From Macrostomum hystrix (lineage: Eukaryota > Animalia > Platyhelminthes): DNA of 64,000 nt. The stretch lies in NCBI GenBank assembly GCA_950097015.1, contig CATNEN010000001.1, forward strand, positions 18,290,001-18,354,000, in the 5' to 3' direction. Every line of letters starts with the position of its first letter. Within the stretch, counting starts at the first letter, position 1. The position numbers and the translations under genes were made by a program. The notes beneath the pieces were generated by a model. It did no database searches and was not told the DNA's origin. It worked only from the letters and a program-made list of their open reading frames with translations. Of the stretch, positions 13,175-27,400 are shown in pieces.

Positions 13175-13980
13175 CGATCTATCTCACCCCATCGCTACAC
13201 TCTATCTGAGCTTTCTCACCCCATCTCTCCACTCTATCTGAGCTTTCTCACCCCATCTTTCTCCTCTATCTGAGCTATCTCACCCCATCTCTGCACTCTA
13301 TCTGAGCTTTCTCACCCTATCTCTCCACTCTATCTGAGCTTTCTCACCCCATCTCCCCCCTCTATCTGAGCTTTCTCACCCCATCTCTCCCCTCTTTCTG
13401 AGCTTTCTCACCCCATCTCTCCACTCTATCTGAGCTTTCTCACCCCATCTCTCCCCTCTTTCTGAGCTTTCTCACCCCATCTCTCTCCTCTATCTGAGCT
13501 TTCTCACCCCATCTCTCCCCTCTTTCTGAGCTTTCTCACCCCATCTCTCCCCTCTATCTGAGCTTTCTCAACCCATCTCTCCACTCTATCTGAGCTTTCT
13601 CACCCCATCTCTCCACTCTATCTGAGCTTTCTCACCCCATCTCTCCACTCTATCTGAGCTTTCTCACCCCATCTCTCCACTCTATCTGAGCTTTCTCACC
13701 CCATCTCTCCACTCTATCTGAGCTTTCTCACCCCATCTCTCCCCTCTTTCTGAGCTTTCTCACCCCATCTCTCCCCTCTATCTGATCTTTCTCACCCCAT
13801 CTCTCCACTCTATCTGAGCTTTCTCACCCCATCTCTCCACTCTATCTGAGCTTTCTCACCCCATCTCTCCCCTCTTTCTGAGCTTTCTCACCCCATCTCT
13901 CCCCTCTATCTGAGCTATCTCACCCCATCTCTGCACTATATCTGAGCTTTCTCACCCCATCTCTCCCCTCTATCTGAGCT
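13175..13980. repeat. 32-bp pyrimidine-rich minisatellite
   Basis: Unit TCTATCTGAGCTTTCTCACCCCATCTCTCCAC. Confidence 0.95.
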
Positions 13981-13994
13981 TCCCCTTTATCCCC

Positions 13995-15420
13995 TCTATC
14001 TCACAGTCTGACTCACACTCTCACCATCTAACTGATCTATCTCACAGTCTGACTCACACTCTCACCATCCAACTGATCTATCTCACAGTATGACTCACAC
14101 TCTCACCATCCAACTGATCTATCTCACAGTATGACTCACACTCTCACCATCCAACTGATCTATCTCACAGTCTGACTCACTCTCACCATCTAACTGATCT
14201 ATCTCACAGTCTGACTCACACTCTCACCATCCAACTGATCTATCTCACAGTATGACTCACACTCTCACCATCTGACTGATCTATCTCACAGTCTAACTCA
14301 CACTCTCACCATCCAACTGATCTATCTCAGTCTGGCTCACACTCTCACCATCCAACTGATCTATCTCACAGTCTGGCTCACACTCTCACCATCCAACTGA
14401 TCTATCTCACAGTCTAACTCACACTCTCACCATCCAACTGATCTATCTCACAGTCTGACTCACACTCTCACCATCCAACTGATCTATCTCACAGTCTAAC
14501 TCACACTCTCACCATCCAACTGATCTATCTCACAGTATGACTCACACTCTCACCATCCAACTGATCTATCTCACAGTCTAAGTCACACTCTCACCATCCA
14601 ACTGATCTATCTCACAGTCTAACTCACACTCTCACCATCCAACTGATCTATCTCACAGTATGACTCACACTCTCACCATCCAACTGATCTATCTCACAGT
14701 CTGGCTCACACTCTCACCATCCAACTGATCTATCTCACAGTATGACTCACTCTCACCATCCAACTGATCTATCTCACAGTCTAACTCACACTCTCACCAT
14801 CTAACTGATCTATCTCACAGTATGACTCACACTCTCACCATCCAACTGATCTATCTCACAGTCTAACTCACACTCTCACCATCCAACTGATCTATCTCAC
14901 AGTCTAACTCACACTCTCACCATCTAATGATCTATCTCACAGTATGACTCACACTCTCACCATCTAATGATCTATCTCACAGTATGACTCACACTCTCAC
15001 CATCCAACTGATCTATCTCACAGTCTGGCTCACACTCTCACCATCCAACTGATCTATCTCACAGTATGACTCACACTCTCACCATCTAACTGATCTATCT
15101 CACAGTCTGACTCACTCTCACCATCTAACTGATCTATCTCACAGTCTGACTCACACTCTCACCATCCAACTGATCTATCTCAGTCTGGCTCACACTCTCA
15201 CCATCCAACTGATCTATCTCACAGTCTAACTCACACTCTCACCATCCAACTGATCTATCTCACAGTATGACTCACACTCTCACCATCCAACTGATCTATC
15301 TCACAGTCTAAGTCACACTCTCACCATCCAACTGATCTATCTCACAGTCTAACTCACACTCTCACCATCCAACTGATCTATCTCACAGTCTAACTCACAC
15401 TCTCACCATCCAACTGATCT
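13995..15420. repeat. 41-bp minisatellite (~35 copies)
   Basis: Unit TCTATCTCACAGTCTGACTCACACTCTCACCATCCAACTGA. Confidence 0.95.
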
Positions 15421-15914
15421 TTACCATGAAACCATGTGTGTGCAAAGTGCATTTTAAATTTTTTAAAAACTAATCTGCCGTTATAAAACACGGTATAAAA
15501 GGCGCTAACATATAAGTACGTTCAATACAAAGCCTAATTTAAAATAAATAATGAAATCAGCAGGCCAGCACGCAAAACATTGCTATTAGCAGTAGCGGCT
15601 GTTTAACCTAATTTTGATTCCTGCTAGGCACAGCTCAGTCGCTATGCAAATCTCTGGTCAAAATGGAGAACGCTGGCAACACTGGGAAATAAACAAAGCA
15701 TCACAAACTCAAGGTTACTAACTAGAGTATTAAGTATCATCACAAAGGTAATGTAGGCATCAATTGAACATCAGTTTTGCGCTTTCAGGGCACAGGACAA
15801 AAAAGTTAACAGAAAAAAATAGACGCAAATTTCAAAAAAACTTGCGAATTAAAAAAATGCTTTCTGACAATCTTTTTTTATTCTACAGACATGGTTGGGA
15901 TCTGGGAAAATAGA

Positions 15915-16390
15915 AGTAGGGGAGATAGAATGGGAGAAAGTAGGGGAGATAGAATGGGAGAAAGTAGGGGAGATAGAATGGGAGAAAGTAGGGGAGATAG
16001 AATGGGAGAAAGTAGTGGAGATAGAATGGGAGAAACTAGGGGAGATAGAATGGGATAAAGTAGTGGAGATAGAATGGGAGAAAGTATGGGAGATAGAATG
16101 GGAGAAAGTAGTGGAGATAGAATGGGAGAAAGTAGGGGAGATAGAATGGGAAAAAGTAGGGGAGATAGAATGGGAAAAGTAGGGGAGATAGAATGGGAGA
16201 AAGTAGGGGAGATAGAATGGGAAAAAGTAGGGGAGATAGAATGGGAGAAAGTAGTGGAGATAGAATGGGAGAAAGTAGGGGAGGTAGAATGGGAGAAACT
16301 AGGGGAGATAGAATGGGAGAAAGTAGGGGAGGTAGAATGGGAGAAACTAGGGGAGGTAGAATGGGAGAAACTAGGGGAGATAGGAGAAAG
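15915..16390. repeat. 24-bp minisatellite
   Basis: Unit GGGAGATAGAATGGGAGAAAGTAG. Confidence 0.95.
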
Positions 16391-16929
16391 TGGGACAAGA
16401 TGATGCAGCCTAGATGAATCTATAACCAATAGAAAGCATCGATGCAAAGTTGATGAAGTATGAAAATTATAGCACGGCGTCATCGTGAAGGAAGCTGGGA
16501 CAGATAAAACAATTTTACAAGCTTTCTAACGAAGGGAATATATGAATATGGCCAAATAGCCCAACAAAGCAATGAGGATTCGAAAAAAACAACAATTTTC
16601 TTTTCCTCCTATTCTCCATACAAGCCAATCGCCTTAAAAAAATAATTAACCAACCACACACCAAACTTAATAGATTTTAATATGCGTTTTAATCTATGCG
16701 ATGTCAAATCAAAATAAAGATGTCAAATGTGCGTGAGTACAAACATGGAAACTCACTTTATAAACACGTTATTCCACTGCTCAATCTGCTGAAGTCCCAA
16801 TTATCTGACTGTAAAATGATTTACTCTCTTTAAATCGGTGAGTCAGTCAATCAATCAATCAATCAGTCAATCAATTAACCACTAACCAACCAATCAATTA
16901 ATCAATCAACCAATCAATCGAACAATCAA

Positions 16930-19900
16930 TCAATCATCATTCAAGAATTTCTCAAGATCGTCCTCGTCGCCGCCAGCAGCTGTAGCGGCAGCGGTCGTCA
17001 CGACACCGGCCACCGTGGCATCGTCAGCCGCAGCTGGACGGTCTGTCACAGCCGGCTCGAAGGTGCTAGAAGTGGGAGGAGGAGGAGGCTGATGAGCAGG
17101 CGCTGGCGAAGGCGCCTGAGCCTTCAAAACTGGCGCTTCCAGATCAGAGTCCTGGTCCTCGGTAGATCCGGAAGCTGCTGACGCTGCAGCTGGCAGATTC
17201 CTCTCGTCATCGGAGTCGATATCCTCAGCGAAGGCCATCACCATGGGGTTGCCATGCTGCTCTTCGTCGTCGCTGTCTTCAACAGGAGCAGCCAGCTGAG
17301 GCCTAGCCTTGGCCTGTCGACTGTCAGGCAAATCTTCGTCGTCTTCCAGGAAGCTGTCGATTTTCCTGCCGGAGTCATCGTCGTCAATTGGCGGCACAAA
17401 ATTGTCGATGGAGGTCAGCGGCTGCGGCGGAGCTGCTGCCCCGGCTGGCTCAGGCCTGGCCGAACCTGTCTGAGCTCGCTGCAGCTGCATCAACATTCTC
17501 TCGCTGCCAGGTATTAGGCGTGGCGGCGGAGCAGCTGGCCTCGATTGTTGATCATCTACCCTAGCAACAGCTGGACTTGGAGTGGCGTCCTTAGCAACGC
17601 CGATTTGCTGGCCATTGTTGCCTTGATCGGAAATCGAACGCTGCTTTGACTGCGGCTGTGTAGGCTGCTGCTGCTGCTGTTGCTGCAGTGCCGGCTGTTC
17701 CTCCGCCCTGGCACGAAGTTGCTGCTGATATCTAGGAATTTCAATAGAAAGAGGTTAGTCCAATTTTAAGTAGTGGCCTTGATTCTAGCTCATCGATTTA
17801 TTAAGACCGGCTACTCTAACGCGAAGCGCTAGAAGTAGCAGAAAATTGCAGTGAATTTTTAAACGAGTATTTAGGTGCTAGTGTGAGTTGTCGCATTGTT
17901 ATCTGTGCTTGCTTCTAGTTCTAGGGAGGGTCGCATAGAAAATGGTACAGGTTGTAAAGCCACACGAATAAAGAGCTCGCCTGACCCTCTCAGCGAACAG
18001 GTCAGGATGGCCGAGCGGTCTAAGGCGCTGCGTTCAGGTCGCAGTCCTCTTCTGAGGGCGTGGGTTCGAATCCCACTTCTGACACCAAATTTTTGTTTCT
18101 TTAAGGGGAAAATTTCTAAGGGATGATAAATATTTTTAATTAGGCGTCAAAGCAATAAAAATACATTTTGTTCAGCGAAAATCTGCCTTACATAGGGATA
18201 ACTAAAACAAAACCCAAGCCGCCTATATGTGTTGAAAAAAACTATGCTTCGAGTCTTGAGTGAATAAAATAGTAGCGTGAATCAAATTATTTTTGCTAAG
18301 TTTAGCACGCTGCACCTCTTCATTTATAGCAAGTTAATTATGCTGGTAATGAATGGTTGCTGTGGAATTTCAACAAACTTTGTAAATTACAAATTAATTA
18401 TCCTTGCATTCTACTTTCCTTCAGCCACTAAGTAGTAACATTTGATCAAAAATGTCTAATTTAATAAATCAAAAGAGACGACATGCGAAGCTGATTAAAA
18501 TTGTGCCACCCAAAATCACTTAATTAGAAGCAGGCCTGAGCAACTACTCAAATTAATAATAACAAAGGATCAGCAAGCCTAAGCTGAATTGCTGAACAAG
18601 CTGAACAACATTGAGAAGATTTTCTAGCCTTTAACCGTTTCAATCGCATCGCATATTTAGAGTTTAATAATTATTCAACTAAAATCTGGGTGAATAAAGA
18701 ATCAGTGAGAAGGCCTACACGGCATCGCTAGTTTTGTCCTCCGTTTGTTTGGCATTAGCACAGCTGCAAAAGTTAATGTAGATTAACAATGATTAGGATT
18801 GGTGCTAAGGTGCAACATGTCTAATTGTCTTCAAAAGGCTGTTAGAATCCGACTGACTCTTGTTTAGAAGAAAATTGCAATAAAAACTACAAATACCCTG
18901 TTAAAAAAGTTGCACATTTGCTTACAATGCTACTATAGTCAGTAGGCGAGTGAACATCGGAGCACAGGAATCACATTATTTTTTTAAATTCTAAAGCGCT
19001 GTTAAGAAAGAGGCACACTAGATGTAGAAGATGAATAATGAATATTATTAAAATTATTACTAGCTCCTACAAAGTTAAGATGCTAAGTAAGAGCGAAAGT
19101 GAAGTACAAGCTCACACTGAAGCTCTCGGCTTGGGTTTAATAGAAGAGATAATGGAATTCAGCCAACAAAATCTTGAAAAAAAATATTTTTTTCTAATTA
19201 TTTGTCGATTCTTAATCACCAATGCTTTTCACTGCGCCCTGCGCATGAAAAGAGTTCGCATCCCATCCTCTCAGATCCTCCCTTCTACTCCCCTCTCCCC
19301 TGTAATCCCCTGCACTCCCACTCCCCTTTGTAATCCCCTGCACTCCCACTCACCCCTGTAATCCCCTGCACTCCCACTCACCCCTGTAATCCCCTGCACT
19401 CCCACTCACCCCTGTAATCCCCTGCACTCCCACTCCCCTTTGTAATCCCCTGCACTCCCACTCACCCCTGTAATCCCCTGCACTCCCACTCCCCTTTGTA
19501 ATCCCCTGCACTCCCACTCACCCCTGTAATCCCCTGCACTCCCACTCACCCCTGTAATCCCCTGCAATCCCACTCACACCTGTAATCCCCTGCACTCCCA
19601 CTCCCCTTTGTAATCCCCTGCACTCCCACTCACCCCTGTAATCCCCTGCACTCCCACTCCCCTTTGTAATCCCCTGCACTCCCACTCACCCCTGTAATCC
19701 CCTGCACTCCCACTCACCCCTGTAATCCCCTGCATTCCCACTCACCCCTGTAATCCCCTGCACTCCCACTCACCCCTGTAATCCCCTGCACTCCCACTCA
19801 CCCCTGTAATCCCCTGCACTCCCACTCACCCCTGTAATCCCCTGCACTCCCACTCCCCTTTGTAATCCCCTGCACTCCCACTCACCCCTGTAATCCTCTG

Positions 19901-22443
19901 CACTCCCACTCACCCCTGTAATCCCCTGCATTCCCACTCACCCCTGTAATCCTCTGCACTCCTACTCACCCCTGTAATCCCCTGCACTCCCACTCACCCC
20001 TGTAATCCCCTGCACTCCCACTCACCCCTGTAATCCCATTTACTCCCACTCACCCCTGAAATCCCCTGCACTCCCACTCACCCCTGTAATCCCCTGCACT
20101 CCCACTCACCTCTGTCCCATTTTTCTCCCATTTTCCATTCTCCCACTTTCCTATTTTCTCTCCTTCTCTCCCATTAATCTCTCAGCCACTTTGTTCATTC
20201 TTACCTCCCCCCATTTTCTCCCCTCCTCTCCTATTTTCTCCCCGTCTATCCCCTCATCCCCCAATTTCTCGCCGCTTCCACACTCTGTCCCGTCTGCTAT
20301 GATTTTCTCCCATCCAATTCCCTCTTCAATTCGCTCCCTTTTTTCTTTCTCTCCCCTCCTCCCCCATTATCAATCCCTCCTCTCCCACTTTCTACTCCTC
20401 TCCAATTCTCCCCCTAGTACTTAAAAATTAAAAATGAACGGGTCATAAAATGCAACTGTTATATTGTTAGAATGCTTTCTAACAAGCCGAACTGAACACG
20501 ATAAGAAACTGACAAAATACGCGAAGAACAGAGTTCTGAAAAAGCAGAAGAGAGGCCAGACATTTTGCCAAAATGTCCATCTTTTCTAATTTACCTGCTC
20601 CGATATAAAGCCAAACTGAAATAATAAGAAAATTTAAGAAAATTAGTTAAAGAAAGGGCAAAATGCTTAGCGCACTACTGGTTTGAGTAGAGTAGCGGCA
20701 ATGCAGATAGCTAATGAGTTTTATTCACCAACCTGTCGTAGGTGTTCTCCTCGCTCTCCTCCTCGAGGTCGAGCTCGAGAATCATGGCATCCATGTCCTC
20801 CTCGTTGGTTCTGAGCTGGGCCAGCAGGCTCTGGCGTTGCAGGTGCAGAAATGGCAGGTTTAGAAATCGGTGAATGTACTTTAGACCGTAGCCATTGCGC
20901 ATAGACGACTCGGCGTAGCGGGTGTATTCCAACGGCCTGCCGCTGTCCGCAATGACAGCTCTGGCTTGAGCCTCCGTCACGCTGCGGTGCTGCGCCAGGT
21001 CCCGACTGTTGGACAGCACCAGCACAGGGAGGCCCTCCGGCACACGGGCGAGCTCCCGCTGCACGTAGGCCAGCGTCCAGGCCTTGGTCATGTCCAGCAC
21101 CAGGATGACACCGTGGCAGCCCTTGTACACGTCAACCCACTGGGCGTCAAGGGCCGGCTCCGAAGGACGGCCGTTGGAGCGGCGGCTTTTGTCCACAACA
21201 TCCCACACCTCTACCTGGGATTAGAAGGGGGAACGGTTGGTTTAGGAAGAGGAATAATGGGATTAAGAGATGGAACAATAGGATTACGAAGTAGAACAAT
21301 AGGATTAGAAAGTCGAACAATAGGATTAGGAAGTGGAACAATAGGATTAGGAAGTAGAACAATAGGATTAGGAAGTAGAACAATAGGATTAGGAAGTGGA
21401 TCAATATGGATTAGGACGTGGAACAATAGGATTAGGAAGTGGAACAATAGGATTAGGAAGTGGATCAATATGGATTAGGAAGTGGAACAATAGGATTACG
21501 AAGTAGAACAATAGGATTAGGAAGTGGAACAATAGGATTAGAAAGTAGAACAATAGGATTAGAAAGTAGAACAATAGGATTAGAAAGTAGAACAATAGGA
21601 TTAGAAAGTAGAAAAATAGGATTAGAAAGTGGAACAATAGGATTAGGAAGTGGAACAATAGGATTAGAAAGTAGAACAATAGGATTAGGAAGTGGAACAA
21701 TAGGATTAGAAAGTAGAACAATAGGATTAGGAAGTGGAACAATAGGATTAGAAAGTAGAACAATAGGATTAGAAAGTAGAACAATAGGATTAGAAAGTAG
21801 AACAATAGGATTAGAAAGTAGAAAAATAGGATTAGAAAGTGGAACAATAGGATTAGGAAGTAGAACAATAGGATTAGGAAGTAGAACAATAGGATTAGGA
21901 AGTAGAACAATAGGATTAGGAAGTGGATCAATATGGATTAGGAAGTGGAACAATAGGAATAGGAAGTGGAACAATAGGATTAGGAAGTGGAGCAATCGGA
22001 TTAGAAAGTGGAACAATATGGATAAGGAAGTGGAACAATCGGATTAGAAAGTGGAACAATATGGATAAGGAAGAGGAACACGGGCAAGAACTCACCTTAA
22101 TAACGTCATCCGTGGTCTTGTAGCTCCAGTGGACAGACACAACTCGAATCTCATCGGAGGGTGTGTAGTTCTCTATAAAGGCCTTGCCCTGCAGTCTGGC
22201 CAGAAGGCAGGTCTTGCCAACATTGGCCTCCCCGCGGATCACAATCTTCATGTTGTACTGGACGCCCCTGGCGAAGCGGCGCTGCAGATGCTGGCCCATC
22301 GGCTGGAAGGCCGGAGCCGTTGGGCAGAGTGGCGGCGACATTGGTGACACGGAGGCCGACGAGGTTGACGATGACTCGTTGACAATAGCGGCGGCATTGG
22401 CTGATGAAGATGATTTGTTCAATAAGCGACTGATAAATGACAT
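16930..22443 (-). CDS. RABL6: Rab-like protein 6 (RBEL1/PARF), ~543 aa; exons 22443-22096, 21214-20733, 17731-16930
   Basis: [26 protein letters not shown] (P-loop), IK|[30 protein letters not shown], acidic tail with GNPMV. Splice phases 0 and 2 are consistent. Confidence 0.92.
18001..18084 (+). tRNA. trnL-CAG: tRNA-Leu(CAG), antisense within RABL6 intron 2
   Basis: GTCAGGA/TTCTGAC acceptor stem, anticodon loop TTCAGGT, long variable arm, GGTTCGAATCC, downstream TTTTT terminator. Confidence 0.95.
19285..20112. repeat. 28-bp C-rich minisatellite in RABL6 intron 2
   Basis: Unit CCCCTGTAATCCCCTGCACTCCCACTCA. Confidence 0.95.
21260..22075. repeat. 21-bp minisatellite filling RABL6 intron 1
   Basis: Unit GGATTAGGAAGTGGAACAATA. 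Confidence 0.95.
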
Positions 22444-22567
22444 TCTCTTTGGCTAGTCTTTGTCGGTGAGGCTTCAAAACATAATGGTCACATTGTTTTC
22501 CGACAGCTGAAACATAGATTGTACATTTGAGTTGTCATTTCCTAAACTTTGGAGTGCGATTTCTTGT

Positions 22568-23185
22568 CTGTGGGATGTGATTTCCCATACTGTGGGATGT
22601 GATTTCCCTAACTGTGGGATGTGATTTCCCATACTGTGGGATGTGATTTCCCTAACTGTGGGATGTGATTTCCCTAACTGTGGGATGTGATTTCCCAAAC
22701 TGTGGGATGTGATTTCCCTAACTGTGGGATGTGATTTCCCTAACTGTGGGGTGTGATTTCCCATACTGTGGGATGTGATTTCCCTAACTGTGGGATGTGA
22801 TTTCCCTAACTGTGGGATGTGATTTCCCAAACTGTGGGATGTGATTTCCCAAACTGTGGGATGTGATTTCCCTAACTGTGGGATGTGATTTCCCATACTG
22901 TGCGATGTGATTTCCCTAACTGTGGGATGTGATTTCCCATACTGTGGGATGTGATTTCCCAATCTGTGGGATGTGATTTCCGTAACTGTGGGATGTGATT
23001 TCCCAAACTGTGGGATGTGATATCCCAAACTGTGGGATGTGATTTCCCAAACTGTGGGATGTGATTTCCCAATCTGTGGGATGTGATTTCCCTAACTGTG
23101 GGATGTGATTTCCCTAACTGTGGGATGTGATTTCCAAACTGTGGGATGTGATTTCCAAACTGTGGGATTTGATTTCCCATACTGT
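22568..23185. repeat. 22-bp minisatellite upstream of RABL6
   Basis: Unit ACTGTGGGATGTGATTTCCCTA. Confidence 0.95.
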
Positions 23186-24406
23186 CTATGATGATGAGAT
23201 TACAAATAAATGATCAAAAACAGCTTTAATTAGAATTGGAGATATAAAAGATATAAAAATTGATTGTAGTTGTTTGATCTGTATAAAAAAGCTGCGCAGA
23301 CAGCGGAAAAACAAGAAAAAAATTAGTGAATGATTTCCAAAAATTTACGATAAACAAAGTGTTTCATCATATGCAAAAACGTATTTTGTGAACACAAAAA
23401 TAATTTTTTTAAAGATAATAAATTTATATCGTGAATAGTGATTGATTAATAATTTTAGGCACTTTCAATAAACAAAAAAATTATAATTACTGACAACCTA
23501 GATAAACTTCTAACGCTTTGATTGTTTACTAAGTTAAAGTTAAAATGTTAGAAATCGTTCGCGTTTGTAGATTGAAAACCCTAGGAACGTATTGTACTAG
23601 ACAAGTTGTTATTAAACGCATATGTACCTACTTAATATAAGCCACAAACTCCAGTAGCATTGTCCGTATATAGCAACCTATTTTTAACATTAGTTAGTGT
23701 TTTTTAAGCCCAATAAAAATACTAAAAGCTAAAAAATCACAGCGAAAAATGAAAGATAAATACTGGATGGAATAGAGGCATTAGTTACAGGTGAGTAATT
23801 CTTGATTGTGGTGCAGCGGTTTTGGAATCTCAGTGCTTGGAAAAATCGTATCCTTATCGTTCTCCCAGTTATAACCCCTGTAACAAATTCGGCTGCTTCT
23901 TCAGCGGTTTTTTGTGCAAAATAGGAGTGGAATCTACCAAAATGCCCCCTATCTCGCAAGAGTTAAAGAAACCACCCAGGAAGCAGCCGATGTAACCGTA
24001 AATTGTGCGGAAACCGCCGAAGAATCACCCGAACCAGTGGCCCATGGGACAACCAGAGAATTATTTACGGGCGATTCCTCGGCGGTTTCCGAGCCTGGAA
24101 TCTTCCGAACTGGAGGATTCTTTGGGTGATTCCATTTCGCCACCAAGAAGCACCGAGAAAACGCCCAGTTAAGTAGATTCTAAGCATGGAATCATCCGAT
24201 TGGTATGTTTCCAGCGTTCAGCTGTTTCTTTTTCTGGAAACACCGCAGATTCCAACTGGAATCACCCAAAGAAACATCCCTACTTAACATAACTATGAGC
24301 ACATAAGGACAATAGTCAATAAGGACAGGTGTAAATTCAATACAAAGCAATACAATACTTGTGCTCAGAGTATATGATTGAATTAGCTCCGAGTCCAATT
24401 AATCAA

Positions 24407-27400
24407 TCACATGTAGAAGCTGGTCTCGCCAATGACAACGGGCTGAGGCCAGAGCTCCACTCGGGCGCCGAGTCTGTCGCATTCTTGCATCAGCGGGTTG
24501 CAAACCACTGACACGGAATTCGCTGCCCGCTGCCGGCTCTGCTCATCGAGCTCAGAGTCCGCCGACTGTCTAGCAGTGCCGCCGGCTAACAGGGACAGGG
24601 GCTGCCAGTCAGTCAGCGGGGACGAGTCGGGAGACGGTCGCAAGATTGGCCCATCGGAGGCCATTAGGTCGAGCTGCAGGCCACAGACAGTCGATGAAGA
24701 AGAAGCTGATGCAGCAGTCGGGCGAATCCGGGAGCCCCTGGGAGTTGGCACAGGCGATTGGGAACGTAGAGTGTCCAGCTTTTGGACATTGGCTGGCTGA
24801 GATTCGTGCGGTTCGCTATCCTGGACAATGTCCTGATCGATCACGATCAAAGCACCGCTAGTGCGGTCGGACTGGTCCAGAATTGGCTGCTCATCCGTGA
24901 GCACAGGAAGCTGCGAATGACAGCTGGGATATTCCTGGATTGGCTGAGAGTCAGACTTTGGCTCCTCTGTGATTGGCTGGGAGTCAGACTTTGGCTCCTC
25001 TGTGATTGGCTGGGAGTCAGACTTTGGCTCCTTTGTGATTGGCTGAGAGTCAGACTTTGGCTCCTCTGTGATTGGCTGGGAGTCAGACTTTGGCTCCTCT
25101 GTGATTGGCTGGGAGTCAGACTTTGGCTCCTCTGTGATTGGCTGAGAGTCAGACTTTGGCTCGACTGTAATTAGCTGAGTGGCTGCATCATCTGCTATTG
25201 GTTGCGATTCAGATTTCTGTTCACCTGTGATTGGCTGGGAGTCAGAGTTTAGCTCTTCTGTATTTTTATGAGAGTCAGACACGGACTTGTCTTCGATTAG
25301 CTCTTGCTCGGAGTCACTATTCATTGGCTGGGGGTGCAAGATTGGCTCGTCATAGATTGGCTGACACTCTGGTCTCAGCTGCTCCTCAGTTCCTATTGAC
25401 TGAGACATAGGCTCAAAGCTGATTGGTTCCCAAGTTGGGTCGGGGCAATCCGGAAGGCCAAGATCCAGCAGATCACCGCCAAATGTTGACTCCCTGTAAG
25501 CTGTGGGAACAGGCCTGGCCTCAGCAAACTCAGTCAGTAAGTCGACGTCGCCAACAAAGGCACTGGGAGCTGCAGATGAACTAGCCAATGTCTGCTGGTC
25601 CTCATCGATAGAGATAAGCAAATCGCAAGGGACTTCTCCCCCAGTGTCACTGGGCCCACTGCCATTGTCAGCCGGCTTGTCCGAGTCCCCAACCTTCTGC
25701 TGCTGCTCCTCGTTGAACGTCAAGCCGCGCAGATGTAGCGGCGCGGGCGGCCGCTTCGGAGGTGCCTGGCCGGAAGTCGGCGTCAGCAGCATGATGGTGG
25801 CTCGCTGTCGCGGCTTCGCTGACGGCGGCTTCGGCTGATCCTGCTGCTGCATAGTTGCGACTAAGGCAGAGCGTCTCTTAGCAACCGGTGGCGTCTGAGC
25901 AGCCACCTGCGATGTCACGGACAGTGCCAGCTCCTGATGACGCGATCGTCTAGGAGCAGGCCGAGGCGAGGCGCGGCCTTCTCCGCAGCTGTCGCTGTCA
26001 GCCAGCTGGACGGCCGACACCACCGATCTGGGCGGCGGCGGTCGCGCCGGCGGAGGTCGTCGTTCGAGCGGAGCGCCGGCACTAGCGAAGACGCCTCCGC
26101 TGCCAACGCTGACGCTGTCTGGAGCGATATCCGCGCGACAGGCGAGCTCCTCAGCCAGGCGCAGGTGCTCCGGTGAGCCGAGAGAACGCAGCAGATCCAA
26201 CACCTGTCACAATGTGGCCATGGGGGGTGAGTGGCAGAGCATTCTAACAGGTTTGCCTCTCGCACAAAGGTCACTGAGATCGATTCCGTGGCGAGGCCAC
26301 ATTCAGTTGGGGCGCAGCCGCGAAGAGAAGGTTTGGGGGCTTGTCGTGCAATTTATGCTAATAGGCAACAATAAAACTACCTAGCCATTATTGTACAAAG
26401 GGCGGATTTTTAGGCAGCTTCTGAATGCTAAGAGCGTGGGGTGGTGACTGATTAATTGACAGACTAGGCGATGGTGTCCTGTAATTGCCTAGCCTCTCAA
26501 TTCGCGTCAGGGTGTCCATAGTGGCCTATTTCCTCCTATTGTAGCCCTTGAAGGTCCAGCAGTCCGTCTAGATAAAGGTGGGTGACCACCGAAGACGGAG
26601 ATGATGCAGGCAAATTCGGGTGACATGCTGATAAACTTTGAAGGCCTGGCCAGGATTAACTGAGGCACAGTGCTAATTAATAAAGGGGTGTATGAAATAC
26701 ACTTGCGCTTATGGGAAAAACTGACCTTCGGTCAGAACCATCTGGTCCTCCCCAGATGAATTTCTCGACGGTCTGAAGAGCTGGCGAGTTAATTCTTGTT
26801 TCAAAAAATTGTCTCCTGTTACTAACTTTGTAGTTCTACAGTTAATAGAGTACTTAAACCAGCGAACCAAAGCCAATGTGATTGCAAAACAACGAACCGT
26901 TCTGCCGGAGCTGTCCCTGGCGGCGGGGTTAGCGCCAGCCGCCAGCAGCAGCTGCACCGTGGCATGACGCAATCCGGCACTGGCCGCGTGCAGCGCAGTG
27001 CCGCCAACGCTGGAGTTGGCGCTTAAACTGCCGCTGCGAGCGTTCACTCGAAAGCCGGCATCCAGCAGCAGCTGGACAACAGCCGTGTGGCCGCCTCTGG
27101 CAGCTTCTTCAAGCGGCGAGCAGCCGGTGAAGCTGACAACGTCGTACAGGAAGCCACGGCACGCTGGCAGCAGGGCTGCCACAGTTTCAGTGTGGCCTCC
27201 AGCGCAGGCAACATCAAATGGAGTCTGGCCAGCTGTGTTGGGAACCAGCGGACTGGCCTAGCCAAATGAGAGCGATGCAAACCTGTCAGTCTTCGAAGCT
27301 GACCAGACTCTACGAGAAGACCCACATTTAAGGGATCTACAAGCTCATTCCCCACATCCCTCAGCTGGGATCTACAAGTTAAGGGATAAGTTATCTGTCA

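Noticed and set aside
13175-15420. CRISPR-like regular repeats
   Set aside because: Units are contiguous without unique spacers, there are no cas genes, and the context is eukaryotic.
21147-23180. Repeat ORFs ([20 protein letters not shown])
   Set aside because: Translations of 21- and 22-bp minisatellites.
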